DNA of 35,204 bases. Source: Candidatus Thalassarchaeaceae archaeon. GTDB taxonomy: Archaea > Thermoplasmatota > Poseidoniia > Poseidoniales > Thalassarchaeaceae. The stretch's first letter is position 1, and the number at the start of each line of letters is the position of its first letter. A model generated the notes under the pieces. That model searched no databases. It worked only from the letters and a program-made list of their open reading frames with translations, and had not been told where the DNA came from. The DNA lies in contig JASLJW010000049.1 in the NCBI GenBank assembly GCA_030747885.1, forward strand, positions 1-35,204, in the 5' to 3' direction. This document shows, piece by piece, positions 8,375-16,882 of the stretch. The position numbers were made by a program, and so were the translations under genes.

Positions 8375-9604
8375 ATGGCCACAACTTGCGATGTACTTGT
8401 TGTGGGTGCGGGGCCAGGGGGAGGCTCCGCAGCATTACACGCATCCAGGTTAGGATTAGACGTCATGGTTATCGAAGATCACAATGAGATTGGAACACCA
8501 GTTCATTGTGGTGAATGCATTTCTGATGTTGCAGTATCTAATCTCGATCTTGAATTACCGATTGAAGTAATCAGCAAGCGAGTGCATGGGATTCGAGTAA
8601 TCTTTCCAGATGGGACAAAGAAATGTCTAACCGAAAAAGGATACGTATTGGAAAAGCATCTTTTTGAACAATGGTTGATGGAACAGGCAGTCGATTTTGG
8701 AGCTAAATTCTTTCCTGATAACAAGTTACAAACAATGGAGAGAATTGAGGAAGATGGCAGATTTGTAGGCCATCTTTGTAATGGTAAAGGAGACGCATTT
8801 CCAATTAGGGCTAGAATTGTAATTGATGCATCTGGAGTTGCAGGTGTTTGTTCAAAAATATTAGAACTTAATGAGCGACCCAAAGTAATTGCAGGAATGC
8901 AATATGAAATGCTTGAAGTTCCAACCGATGATTATCTCGATTTTTACATCTGGCCCGAATATGTTGAGAAAGGGTATCTGTGGATGATTCCCAAATGTGA
9001 TGGGCGTGCTAATGTTGGATTGGTTACTGAGGATAAGAGTGGAGCAGTGAAAGAATTAGATCGTTTTATTTCGGATATGCCTGAATTTAACCAACTAGAA
9101 ATTGTAAATCCTCCCTGGAGAGATGATGGCCGCAAAATTCGCGGGTTCGGAGGAACAATTCCCATTTCAGGCCCTCATAAGCGAACACATTCAGACGGGG
9201 TTCTCTTGATAGGAGATGCTGCAGGATTTACCTCTCCATTGTTTGAGGGGGGTTCACATTTAGCATTGAAATCTGCTCAATTTGCTGCGATTACTGCTGC
9301 TGATGCAATATCGAAGAATGATGTCTCTGCTAGTGTTCTAGGAAGTTACCCTCAGAAATGGAAGTCTGAATTCCCACCATATGAGAAGATATTGAGAGGA
9401 AAAAGTGCGCTATATTCACTTTCTGAACAAGATATGTCTATCATGGCTCGTTGTTTTCCTGAAGAGATGTCGAATATGGGAGTTTCAGGAAAATCAATGG
9501 TTGTGCTTCGCTTGTTATTGCGAAGACCGAGTTTATTTTTCCGAAGGATTATTCCAGCAATGTTGGCATTTGGTTACAGTCGAGCTAAGCACTATGGTTG
9601 GTAA
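8375..9604 (+). CDS. Geranylgeranyl reductase-family flavoprotein (lipid or quinone prenyl-chain reductase)
   Basis: 'MATTCDVLVVGAGPGGGSAALHASRLGLDVMVIEDHNEIGTPVHCGECIS' closely parallels archaeal GGR N-termini. 'LLIGDAAGFTSPLFEGG' is also present. I moved the start from the track's 8318 to ATG 8375 so that the Rossmann motif sits at the N-terminus. Confidence 0.85.
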   Translation: MATTCDVLVVGAGPGGGSAALHASRLGLDVMVIEDHNEIGTPVHCGECISDVAVSNLDLELPIEVISKRVHGIRVIFPDGTKKCLTEKGYVLEKHLFEQWLMEQAVDFGAKFFPDNKLQTMERIEEDGRFVGHLCNGKGDAFPIRARIVIDASGVAGVCSKILELNERPKVIAGMQYEMLEVPTDDYLDFYIWPEYVEKGYLWMIPKCDGRANVGLVTEDKSGAVKELDRFISDMPEFNQLEIVNPPWRDDGRKIRGFGGTIPISGPHKRTHSDGVLLIGDAAGFTSPLFEGGSHLALKSAQFAAITAADAISKNDVSASVLGSYPQKWKSEFPPYEKILRGKSALYSLSEQDMSIMARCFPEEMSNMGVSGKSMVVLRLLLRRPSLFFRRIIPAMLAFGYSRAKHYGW

Positions 9605-9628
9605 CCGTATACCGATGCCCTATTGAGC

Positions 9629-9652
9629 GGGGGGCATCAGTCCCCCTTCGGG
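9629..9652 (+). other. GC-rich alternative-hairpin element immediately upstream of ccmF
   Basis: 'GGGGGGcatcagtCCCCCttcGGG'. The G-run 9629-34 can pair with the C-run 9642-46. The same C-run can instead pair with GGG 9650-52. The element ends 8 nt before ATG 9660 and stands out in an AT-rich context. Confidence 0.35.
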
Positions 9653-9659
9653 ATTGGCA

Positions 9660-12014
9660 ATGTGGTTGGACTTACTTCTTCTTGGAGTTCCATCAATTGC
9701 GACATTAATTGCATTGCACCATACTGTTATTCATCGCACTTCTCACCCACATGAATTCACTATTCTTGGATTACAGGCTTTACCATTCATAATTCTCATT
9801 TTTGCATTTTTAATCGATTATGACGCATTGCGTACTGTTCAAATAAATGGTTCTCATACTCTTCCGATTCATTATCGGATTTCAGCAGTGTGGGCTGGAC
9901 GTTCAGGACCATTATTACTCTGGATTGCCATGTTAGTCTTGGTTCGATTGTGGTGGCGACACCTTTCTTCAGAAAATGTTGAAAAGAAAACGATTGGAAC
10001 TGCTGGCGTCCTACATTGTCTAATCTTTTTCCTATTCATTGTGGCCTTTCTCCTCCAACCATTTTCATTGGATAACTCAGTAGCTAGATCGGAACTTAAT
10101 GTATTTCTTCAAACTGATTTGATGGTTATTCACCCTCCAATTGTTTTTGCATTCTATGCATTTTGTCTTGCAGTTGGTTCAGTAGCATTGGAAGGCATGT
10201 TGAATGGAAAAAACCCTTCATTGATTCATCAGGAACAATTACCCTTAGCTCGAGCAGCCTTTGTTTCTGGAACTTTAGGAATTGGTTTGGGAGGTTTGTG
10301 GGCTTACTCTGTCTTGGATTGGGGAGGGTATTGGGCGTGGGATCCTGTTGAAACTGCGTCTCTACTTCCTTGGCTTTGCACCCTGCTTATTGTTCATTTA
10401 CGAATGTCCCCAAAAGTGAAGAATCGAGGGTCAGCGATTGTTTGGTCCCCTGCTCTTGGATTACTGACAGGAGCTTTAGCCATGCATTCGACATTAGTCA
10501 CTCGTGCAAATGGAGCATGGGCCTCAGTACATGCCTTTGTTGCTTCAGAAAATGGAGACGTGTTGGCCAATGATGCATATGTCAGAGTTCTTTCATTATG
10601 GAATTCTGGTGCAGAAGGTGCTGAAGTGTTGCTTCAGTTTATCGTGATGCTTGTTTTCATTTTCTCTGCTACATATTGGCTTGGTCGCCATCAGGCAGAG
10701 AAGGTATTGATTTCAGGCCAAGAGATTTTGTTGACATCTCGCCCAATTCTAGGATTTTTGATTGTTATTGGCATAATTTCGATTCTAATTAATTCCGGAT
10801 CACTTTCAGTTGCCATTCTATTATTGCCCTCAATATTTTTGATGTTGCATGATCGAGATCAGGCACTTTTGTGGCCTTCAATAGGAGTCACCATCTTACT
10901 ATTTTCACGTTGGTCGTGGCATCTTGATTCTATTCAAGCAGGAATTGGAATGTTTTTGTTGCTTTTACCGTGGCTATTAGCACCTGAGGAAGATAAAGCG
11001 GAACAATTTCCATCTCTTTCTAAATTAGCTCTGCATGTTCCTTTAGCAGGAGGCGGTTCTTTTCTTGTCTTAACTTGGCTCTTATTATTAGCTGAAATCG
11101 ACGGCTCTTCTCCAGAAGCTCACGAAGCCTTTGGCTCTATTTTAATTGGATTATTATCAGCAGCTTTGCTAATTTATTCACTAAGAAGTGCAACGAAATT
11201 CCAACGGAGAGCAATACTTACCATGGGAATATTCATTTCAATTTCAGCAGCAATTTATGGGATGGAGATATTCCCTCTTCCTGGAAATTCAGATCAATTG
11301 TTGACCCAGTCAATCAATCGAGGACATATTAGCCGTTTTCTTTTGGTTTGGTTAATTATCGCTGCACCTCCCTCGATAGCTGATTTAGCATCTACAATTA
11401 GAAAAATAACTACAACACGTGATAGAAAACCAGCATCATTGCGTCTATTAGGTTCGCACATGGCTCATGCAGGAATTCTTCTCCTACTCATTGGACACGT
11501 TCTTACAACCACATTAGTTGATCGTGTTGACCCCTCGCATCAAATCACGTTGATTAGAAATGAAGAGGTCCGTCATGGGGATTACATTTTCAAAATGACT
11601 GACATTTTGACCACAAGTCCTGAGGATCCTGAATATGATGAACGTTTTTCAATCGGAGATGGTTTTTTTGGTATCCATATTGAAGTGTATGATCTAAGTG
11701 GTGATTTACTTGGTTCTGTTGAACCTGGTGTTTTGAGGTTTGATTCTGCCGATGGGGCAATTCGGCCACGTTCCGAAGTAGATAGAATAGTACATTGGAC
11801 TGGAGATACAATCTTGATTCTCGATTTAACTCAAATGAATCAAATAATGACTCAGGCTATGATGGGTGAATTGGATGATGTAGATAGAATACGTCTAACG
11901 GTTTATGACCTTCCTGGAAGCCATATGGTATGGATTGGATGGGCAATGATTGTTCTTGGCTCTAGCCTCACTTTAACGAGGGTCCGCACCAATGAATCCG
12001 ATGAATCTGAGTGA
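9660..12014 (+). CDS. ccmF: Cytochrome c maturation haem lyase CcmF (System I)
   Basis: 'VIHPPIVFAFY' (P-His1 context) and 'WAYSVLDWGGYWAWDPVETASLLPWLCTLLIVH' (WWD Trp-rich motif plus P-His2). The protein is polytopic, with a C-terminal periplasmic domain and a final TM ('HMVWIGWAMIVLGSSL'). The track start at 9654 is TTG; the first ATG is at 9660. Confidence 0.85.
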   Translation: MWLDLLLLGVPSIATLIALHHTVIHRTSHPHEFTILGLQALPFIILIFAFLIDYDALRTVQINGSHTLPIHYRISAVWAGRSGPLLLWIAMLVLVRLWWRHLSSENVEKKTIGTAGVLHCLIFFLFIVAFLLQPFSLDNSVARSELNVFLQTDLMVIHPPIVFAFYAFCLAVGSVALEGMLNGKNPSLIHQEQLPLARAAFVSGTLGIGLGGLWAYSVLDWGGYWAWDPVETASLLPWLCTLLIVHLRMSPKVKNRGSAIVWSPALGLLTGALAMHSTLVTRANGAWASVHAFVASENGDVLANDAYVRVLSLWNSGAEGAEVLLQFIVMLVFIFSATYWLGRHQAEKVLISGQEILLTSRPILGFLIVIGIISILINSGSLSVAILLLPSIFLMLHDRDQALLWPSIGVTILLFSRWSWHLDSIQAGIGMFLLLLPWLLAPEEDKAEQFPSLSKLALHVPLAGGGSFLVLTWLLLLAEIDGSSPEAHEAFGSILIGLLSAALLIYSLRSATKFQRRAILTMGIFISISAAIYGMEIFPLPGNSDQLLTQSINRGHISRFLLVWLIIAAPPSIADLASTIRKITTTRDRKPASLRLLGSHMAHAGILLLLIGHVLTTTLVDRVDPSHQITLIRNEEVRHGDYIFKMTDILTTSPEDPEYDERFSIGDGFFGIHIEVYDLSGDLLGSVEPGVLRFDSADGAIRPRSEVDRIVHWTGDTILILDLTQMNQIMTQAMMGELDDVDRIRLTVYDLPGSHMVWIGWAMIVLGSSLTLTRVRTNESDESE

Positions 12015-12076
12015 TTTTTCAGATTGAAGTAAGGGCCACGCTCATAAGGGTGGAGCAGGTCGCGCGGTTGTCCTTC

Positions 12077-12084
12077 AAGGAGGT
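12077..12084 (+). promoter_or_regulatory. Shine-Dalgarno site of the FKBP gene
   Basis: AAGGAGGT lies 7 nt upstream of ATG 12092. Confidence 0.7.
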
Positions 12085-12091
12085 AATATGT

Positions 12092-12922
12092 ATGGAGACC
12101 GGTTCCATTGTCCACATAGATTATGACTTGTATAATGCAGATTCAGGAGACTTAATCGAAACTACTCGAGAGGCTGTAGCCCAAGAACACGATAGACATG
12201 AAGCCAGTCAAACATATTCTCCATTAATTACGGTGATTGGAGATGGACGTCTAATCAAGGGTTTTGAATCACATCTTGAGGATGCTAAAGTCGATACAGA
12301 TTATGAGTTTGACATCCCTCCCGCGGATGCATATGGCGAACGTGATGCTAGTGCTGTAGAGGTAATGAGTTTACAGCAACTTTCACGCTCTGTTCGAGAC
12401 GCAGAAAATCTACAGATTGGTGGAATGGTTGAAATTGGAGGCAGAACCGGGATTTTGAAGTCTTTCCGTTCCGGTCGTGCTAGTGTTGATTTCAATCATG
12501 CATTAGCTGGTGTGACTCTTCGCTACAAATACAAAATCATCAAGGAAGTTACAGATCGTGCTGAGAAGGTAACGACATTGCTCGAAACAAACACTGGCCG
12601 AGATGGCTTTGAGAGTTCTTTTGATGGTGATGATCTTACTATTACTCTTCCAGAGTATGTGTCCTATGATCAGAATTGGGCCTACACGAAGTTTGGCTTA
12701 ATTCGTACATTGAGGGATCACGTAGGAGTTCAGACTATCGTTTTCAGAGAAGTTCATTCTCCGATGGTTGCAGATGAAACTAATGGTGATGCAGATGAAG
12801 ACCTAGGTTCTTTGTCCGTTGCTGAGTTGAAGGAACGTTGCAAAGCAGCGGGACTCCCTGTTGGTGGCAAGAAGGCGGATTTAATCGCTCGACTTTCAGA
12901 ATCTTCTACTGAAGAAGAATGA
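12092..12922 (+). CDS. Long-type archaeal FKBP peptidyl-prolyl isomerase (FKBP plus insert-in-flap plus C-domain) with an added C-terminal SAP motif
   Basis: 'VHIDYDLYNADSGDLIETT', 'ITVIGDGRLIKGFESHLEDAKVD', 'VDFNHALAGVTLRYKYKI'. The C-terminal 'LSVAELKERCKAAGLPVGGKKADLIARL' matches the SAP consensus. AAGGAGGT (12077-12084) lies 7 nt upstream of ATG 12092. Confidence 0.85.
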   Translation: METGSIVHIDYDLYNADSGDLIETTREAVAQEHDRHEASQTYSPLITVIGDGRLIKGFESHLEDAKVDTDYEFDIPPADAYGERDASAVEVMSLQQLSRSVRDAENLQIGGMVEIGGRTGILKSFRSGRASVDFNHALAGVTLRYKYKIIKEVTDRAEKVTTLLETNTGRDGFESSFDGDDLTITLPEYVSYDQNWAYTKFGLIRTLRDHVGVQTIVFREVHSPMVADETNGDADEDLGSLSVAELKERCKAAGLPVGGKKADLIARLSESSTEEE

Positions 12923-12943
12923 TTTGAGCGCAACGGTCATGAC

Positions 12944-14347
12944 TTGGATGCTTTTCGGCAGTTTGTGGATCCATTACGTTCTAGCCCTTGTCTTGATGAC
13001 ATGAGTTTTTCATGGTGGGAGAGATTATCGATTTATTCACTAGGAGTAATCATTTCTATTGTTGGATTAGCAGTTCTTTCAGAATCAATGATGCAGGGTA
13101 ATTTTCTAGATTCTATTTTTCAAGAATATTTTCTCGATCCCATTCGAGCAGAGAGTATGGCCGATGGTTCTTACAACCAAGTGAATACTCTTTCATACAA
13201 CATCACTCTCATTCTTTCAGTCGTTTCTATTGCAGCAATTCTTAGAAGATTTAGAATAAGTGCTACAGAGTGTACTATTTTTGCAATTTTCCCATGGATA
13301 ATTTGGGCGTCTCTCGGTGAAGTAGTGGAGGATGCAGGACTTTTCGGGACGAGCCTTCAACCTTGGTTTGTTTCCCCAGGAATCCATTTCCAAGGTGCAA
13401 TATGGGTAATTTCTGCAGGCTTTTTTGCATCTATTGCTGCTAAATCTGGAAATCAGGAAGATGACCGTGTTTGGGTTACTGGTGCATCAATTTCATTGAT
13501 TTTGTTTCAAACAATTCTATTTCTCACATCTCTCCAAGATGGACGATTAGACACCCCCATGGAAGATTATCTCAATCTTTGGCCAGTTGCTATTTTTGGT
13601 GCTATTGGCATCATTGTTGCTATTCTATCTCATCCATTCATGGAGCGTTGGTCATCTATTGAACAGGGGCTTTTCCAAGTTGGAATAGGTGGTTGTTTGG
13701 TATTATATGGTTGTCTGCACTCTTACATTCGCATGATGATTGGATTGGAGACTTCAGGCCAACATTCAATTTTACTATCAATTGACAGATCAGCAATATT
13801 AGAATCAGGTGCGATAGAAATTTTCCACCCAGAAGTCCTTTTCTGGACTCTAATAATACCTGCATTAGTTCTCTTTCCAGTGTTTCTTTTTGTTGGCCGT
13901 CCTAATCTGCAGCGTATGAAGAATCGAGGCATCTCAATTCCAGGTTTACTTCCTTCGGGTTTATCATTAGTTGATTATGAGAAAGAAAGGACACAATTAC
14001 ATGATGACATGGAATCTCTAACATGGAAAGCAATTCTTGCATCTCCAATAGTGCTTCTTGCTATGTATGGTCAGGCAGTTGATGGAATCGCTACAGGTAT
14101 TGGATTAGTTGAATATGGATATATTGAGAAACATGTCTTTTCTAGTGCAGTAATAGAATTCTTTGGTTCTGCATATGGTTTCACGGTACTAAAATGTGTA
14201 ATTGGTCTAGTAGTTTGGTGGTTTTATTCACTTCAACGTTGGGAACATCGATATCGTCACCTTAGGATTTTGATGGCTCTTGCATTAATGACAGTAGGTT
14301 TGGCTCCTGGTCTAAGAGATGCATTCCGAATGGCCCTAGGCGTCTGA
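12944..14347 (+). CDS. Polytopic membrane protein of unknown function (possibly DUF63-like C-terminal region)
   Basis: 467-aa ORF with at least 9 hydrophobic spans. '[28 protein letters not shown]' reminds me of the archaeal DUF63 family, from memory and unverified. The start is uncertain: TTG 12944 or ATG 13001. Confidence 0.55.
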   Translation: MDAFRQFVDPLRSSPCLDDMSFSWWERLSIYSLGVIISIVGLAVLSESMMQGNFLDSIFQEYFLDPIRAESMADGSYNQVNTLSYNITLILSVVSIAAILRRFRISATECTIFAIFPWIIWASLGEVVEDAGLFGTSLQPWFVSPGIHFQGAIWVISAGFFASIAAKSGNQEDDRVWVTGASISLILFQTILFLTSLQDGRLDTPMEDYLNLWPVAIFGAIGIIVAILSHPFMERWSSIEQGLFQVGIGGCLVLYGCLHSYIRMMIGLETSGQHSILLSIDRSAILESGAIEIFHPEVLFWTLIIPALVLFPVFLFVGRPNLQRMKNRGISIPGLLPSGLSLVDYEKERTQLHDDMESLTWKAILASPIVLLAMYGQAVDGIATGIGLVEYGYIEKHVFSSAVIEFFGSAYGFTVLKCVIGLVVWWFYSLQRWEHRYRHLRILMALALMTVGLAPGLRDAFRMALGV

Positions 14348-14396
14348 TTCCCCGCTTCATTCAAGGCCGACCTCGTACTGGATAGGCCTGAGCCTC

Positions 14397-16007
14397 ATGG
14401 ATGTCCTTCCCTCTAGGGTTAATCGGTCTGACGAGATATTTATGGAAAGAACTGCCCATAATAAGGGACTGGTCCTTACTTTGAAGGATGAATTACAGAA
14501 GATAGAGAAGGGAGGCGGCGAAAAATATGTTGAGCGCCACCGAAATCGTGGAAAAGCATTAGCTAGAGAGCGCATTCAATCAATATGTGATCCTGGAACT
14601 GCCTTCTTGGAAATCTCTCCATTGGCAGCTCATGGGTTGTATGATGGAAGAGCCTCATCAGCTGGACTTGTTACAGGGATTGGGGTAGTACATGGTCGAG
14701 AATGTATGTTTGTTGCTAATGATGCGACTGTGAAAGGTGGCTCATATTATCCGATGACTGTTAAGAAGCATATTCGTGCACAAGAGATCGCAGAAGAGAA
14801 CAACATACCTTGTATCTATCTTGTCGACAGTGGAGGAGCATTTCTCCCAATGCAAGATGAAGTATTTCCAGATAAAGGCCACTTTGGTAGAATATTTCGC
14901 AATCAAGCAATTATGTCTGGAAAAGGAATTCCACAAATTGCTGCCGTTTGTGGTTCTTGTACCGCTGGAGGTGCATATGTTCCAGCTATGTCTGATGAAT
15001 CAATCATCGTTAAGGGAAATGGTACAATCTTCTTGGCAGGCCCTCCTTTGGTTAAGGCTGCAACTGGAGAGGAAGTTTCTGCTGAAGATTTAGGCGGAGC
15101 AGATGTTCATACTCGACTATCAGGGGTTGCAGATCATTTTGCTGAAGACGAGCCAGAAGCATTACGGATGGTTAGGAACATAGTGGAAAACCTAAATCCA
15201 ACACAAAAGACCCGTCTAGATACCATCGATTCAGAACCTCCTCGACATGATATTGAAGATCTTCTAGGGATTATTCCAGAAGATAACAGAACTCCATATG
15301 ATGTCAGAGAAGTGATTTCTAGAGTAGTTGACGGTTCCCGATTTCATGAATTCAAACCACGTTATGGGACCTCTTTAGTTTGTGGTTTTGCTCGGATTCA
15401 TGGATATCCAGTAGGAATCGTAGCAAACAATGGAATTTTGTTTTCTGAATCTTCTTTGAAGGGAGCACATTTCGTTGAACTTTGTGGCCAACGTGGTGTT
15501 CCCCTAGTTTTCTTACAGAATATTACTGGCTTTATGGTTGGCAAAGATTACGAAGCAGGCGGAATCGCGAAAGATGGAGCAAAGTTAGTAACTGCAGTTT
15601 CTTGTGTTCCAGTTCCTAAATTTACAGTGATTATTGGGGGTTCTCATGGTGCAGGAAATTATGGCATGTGTGGTAGAGCGTATGATCCACGATTTTTGTT
15701 TACGTGGCCCAATGCGAGAATATCCGTAATGGGAGGGCCTCAGGCTGCACAGGTTCTCAGTACAGTAAAGCAAGACCAGAGAATTCGAGAGGGATTAGAA
15801 CCAATGAATGATGCAGAATTGAAGGCATTTGAAGAACCAACATTGCAGAAATATGAGACTGAGGGAAGTCCATACTATTCAACCGCCAGATTATGGGATG
15901 ATGGAATTATTGATCCGAGAGACACTCGTGACATCTTGGGACTCTGTATTAGTTCTAGTCTCAACGCCCCTTTACCAGATACGAATTATGGTATATTCAG
16001 AATGTGA
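14397..16007 (+). CDS. liuB: 3-Methylcrotonyl-CoA carboxylase (or geranyl-CoA carboxylase) carboxyltransferase beta subunit
   Basis: Long identical runs to MCC-beta as I remember it: '[22 protein letters not shown]', '[26 protein letters not shown]', '[12 protein letters not shown]', '[16 protein letters not shown]', '[29 protein letters not shown]'. Confidence 0.92.
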   Translation: MDVLPSRVNRSDEIFMERTAHNKGLVLTLKDELQKIEKGGGEKYVERHRNRGKALARERIQSICDPGTAFLEISPLAAHGLYDGRASSAGLVTGIGVVHGRECMFVANDATVKGGSYYPMTVKKHIRAQEIAEENNIPCIYLVDSGGAFLPMQDEVFPDKGHFGRIFRNQAIMSGKGIPQIAAVCGSCTAGGAYVPAMSDESIIVKGNGTIFLAGPPLVKAATGEEVSAEDLGGADVHTRLSGVADHFAEDEPEALRMVRNIVENLNPTQKTRLDTIDSEPPRHDIEDLLGIIPEDNRTPYDVREVISRVVDGSRFHEFKPRYGTSLVCGFARIHGYPVGIVANNGILFSESSLKGAHFVELCGQRGVPLVFLQNITGFMVGKDYEAGGIAKDGAKLVTAVSCVPVPKFTVIIGGSHGAGNYGMCGRAYDPRFLFTWPNARISVMGGPQAAQVLSTVKQDQRIREGLEPMNDAELKAFEEPTLQKYETEGSPYYSTARLWDDGIIDPRDTRDILGLCISSSLNAPLPDTNYGIFRM

Positions 16008-16011
16008 TAAT

Positions 16012-16878
16012 ATGAAGTCTGTAACCAATAATCAACCTGAAACCGAATTATGTAAATTAATTATTGAAGGTCCTGTTGCAAGAATCACTCTTTCCCGACC
16101 TGATGTGTTTAATGCTCTTAACATTCAATTAATTTCTGAATTAATTGAAATTTTTGATTGGACATCTAGCAGATCTGTTTCTACACTAGGTGAATTGAAG
16201 GATTCAGAAGGAAATGAAAATCTAAGAGTATTAGTTTTGAATGGAGACGGTAGACATTTTTGTGCTGGAGCAGATATCAATATGATGAGAGACGCAGGTG
16301 CAAAAAGTTCTGAAGAGAACCGTATCGATTCCGAACGATTAGATCGATTATTCAATTCTCTATGGTCTCACCCATGTTTCACAATTGGAGCAATTCAAGG
16401 TGTGGCATTAGGAGGTGGTGCAGGATTGATTGCTTGTATGGATCATGTCATTGTGGAACCAAAGACGAGGATTGCCCTATCAGAAGGAAAATTAGGAATT
16501 TTACCCGCAGTTATTGGGCCATATGTGTATCGAAGACTGGGGAGTGCTCAATTTAGACGACTTGCGATGTTGGCATCTCGCATAGGGTCAGAAGAAGCCC
16601 TCCGAATAGGGATGGTTAACCAAGTCGAAGATAGTCCTGAAGATGCTTTAGTTGCAGTTGATGCTGTAATTTCGGAGGTATTGACTACTGGGCCAATGGC
16701 AGTTGGTGAAGCGAAACGATTGGCATTGACTTTTGATCGTTGGACTGGTACAGATGAGGAGTTACGGCTTTGGACATTAGATAAGACAAGTGAGATGCGT
16801 GCTTCGAGAGAAGGTCAAGAAGGTCTCGCCTCTTTTTTGGAAAAGAGACCTGCTGATTGGAAACCAGATCAGGAGTGA
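16012..16878 (+). CDS. liuC: Crotonase-fold enoyl-CoA hydratase, probably methylglutaconyl-CoA hydratase
   Basis: 'ARITLSRPDVFNAL', 'FCAGADINMM', 'GVALGGGAGLIACMDHVIV', 'EGKLGILPA', 'REGQEGLASFLEKRPADW'. The ATG lies 4 nt after the liuB stop. The position between the MCC beta and alpha genes matches the Pseudomonas liuB-C-D order. Confidence 0.78.
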   Translation: MKSVTNNQPETELCKLIIEGPVARITLSRPDVFNALNIQLISELIEIFDWTSSRSVSTLGELKDSEGNENLRVLVLNGDGRHFCAGADINMMRDAGAKSSEENRIDSERLDRLFNSLWSHPCFTIGAIQGVALGGGAGLIACMDHVIVEPKTRIALSEGKLGILPAVIGPYVYRRLGSAQFRRLAMLASRIGSEEALRIGMVNQVEDSPEDALVAVDAVISEVLTTGPMAVGEAKRLALTFDRWTGTDEELRLWTLDKTSEMRASREGQEGLASFLEKRPADWKPDQE

Positions 16879-16882
16879 TTGA

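Noticed and set aside
12011-12091. The track gives long N-terminal extensions for several ORFs: FKBP from 12011, GGR from 8318, liuC from 15829, UbiD from 8319, the presenilin homologue from 22511, serS from 20308.
   Set aside because: The extensions start at TTG/GTG codons or overlap the upstream gene. They add residues absent from family N-termini. The internal ATGs are preceded by SD-like sites or give canonical N-termini: AAGGAGGT before 12092, GGAGG before 8295, 'MATTCDVLVVGAGPGG', 'MLEMRMFREL'.
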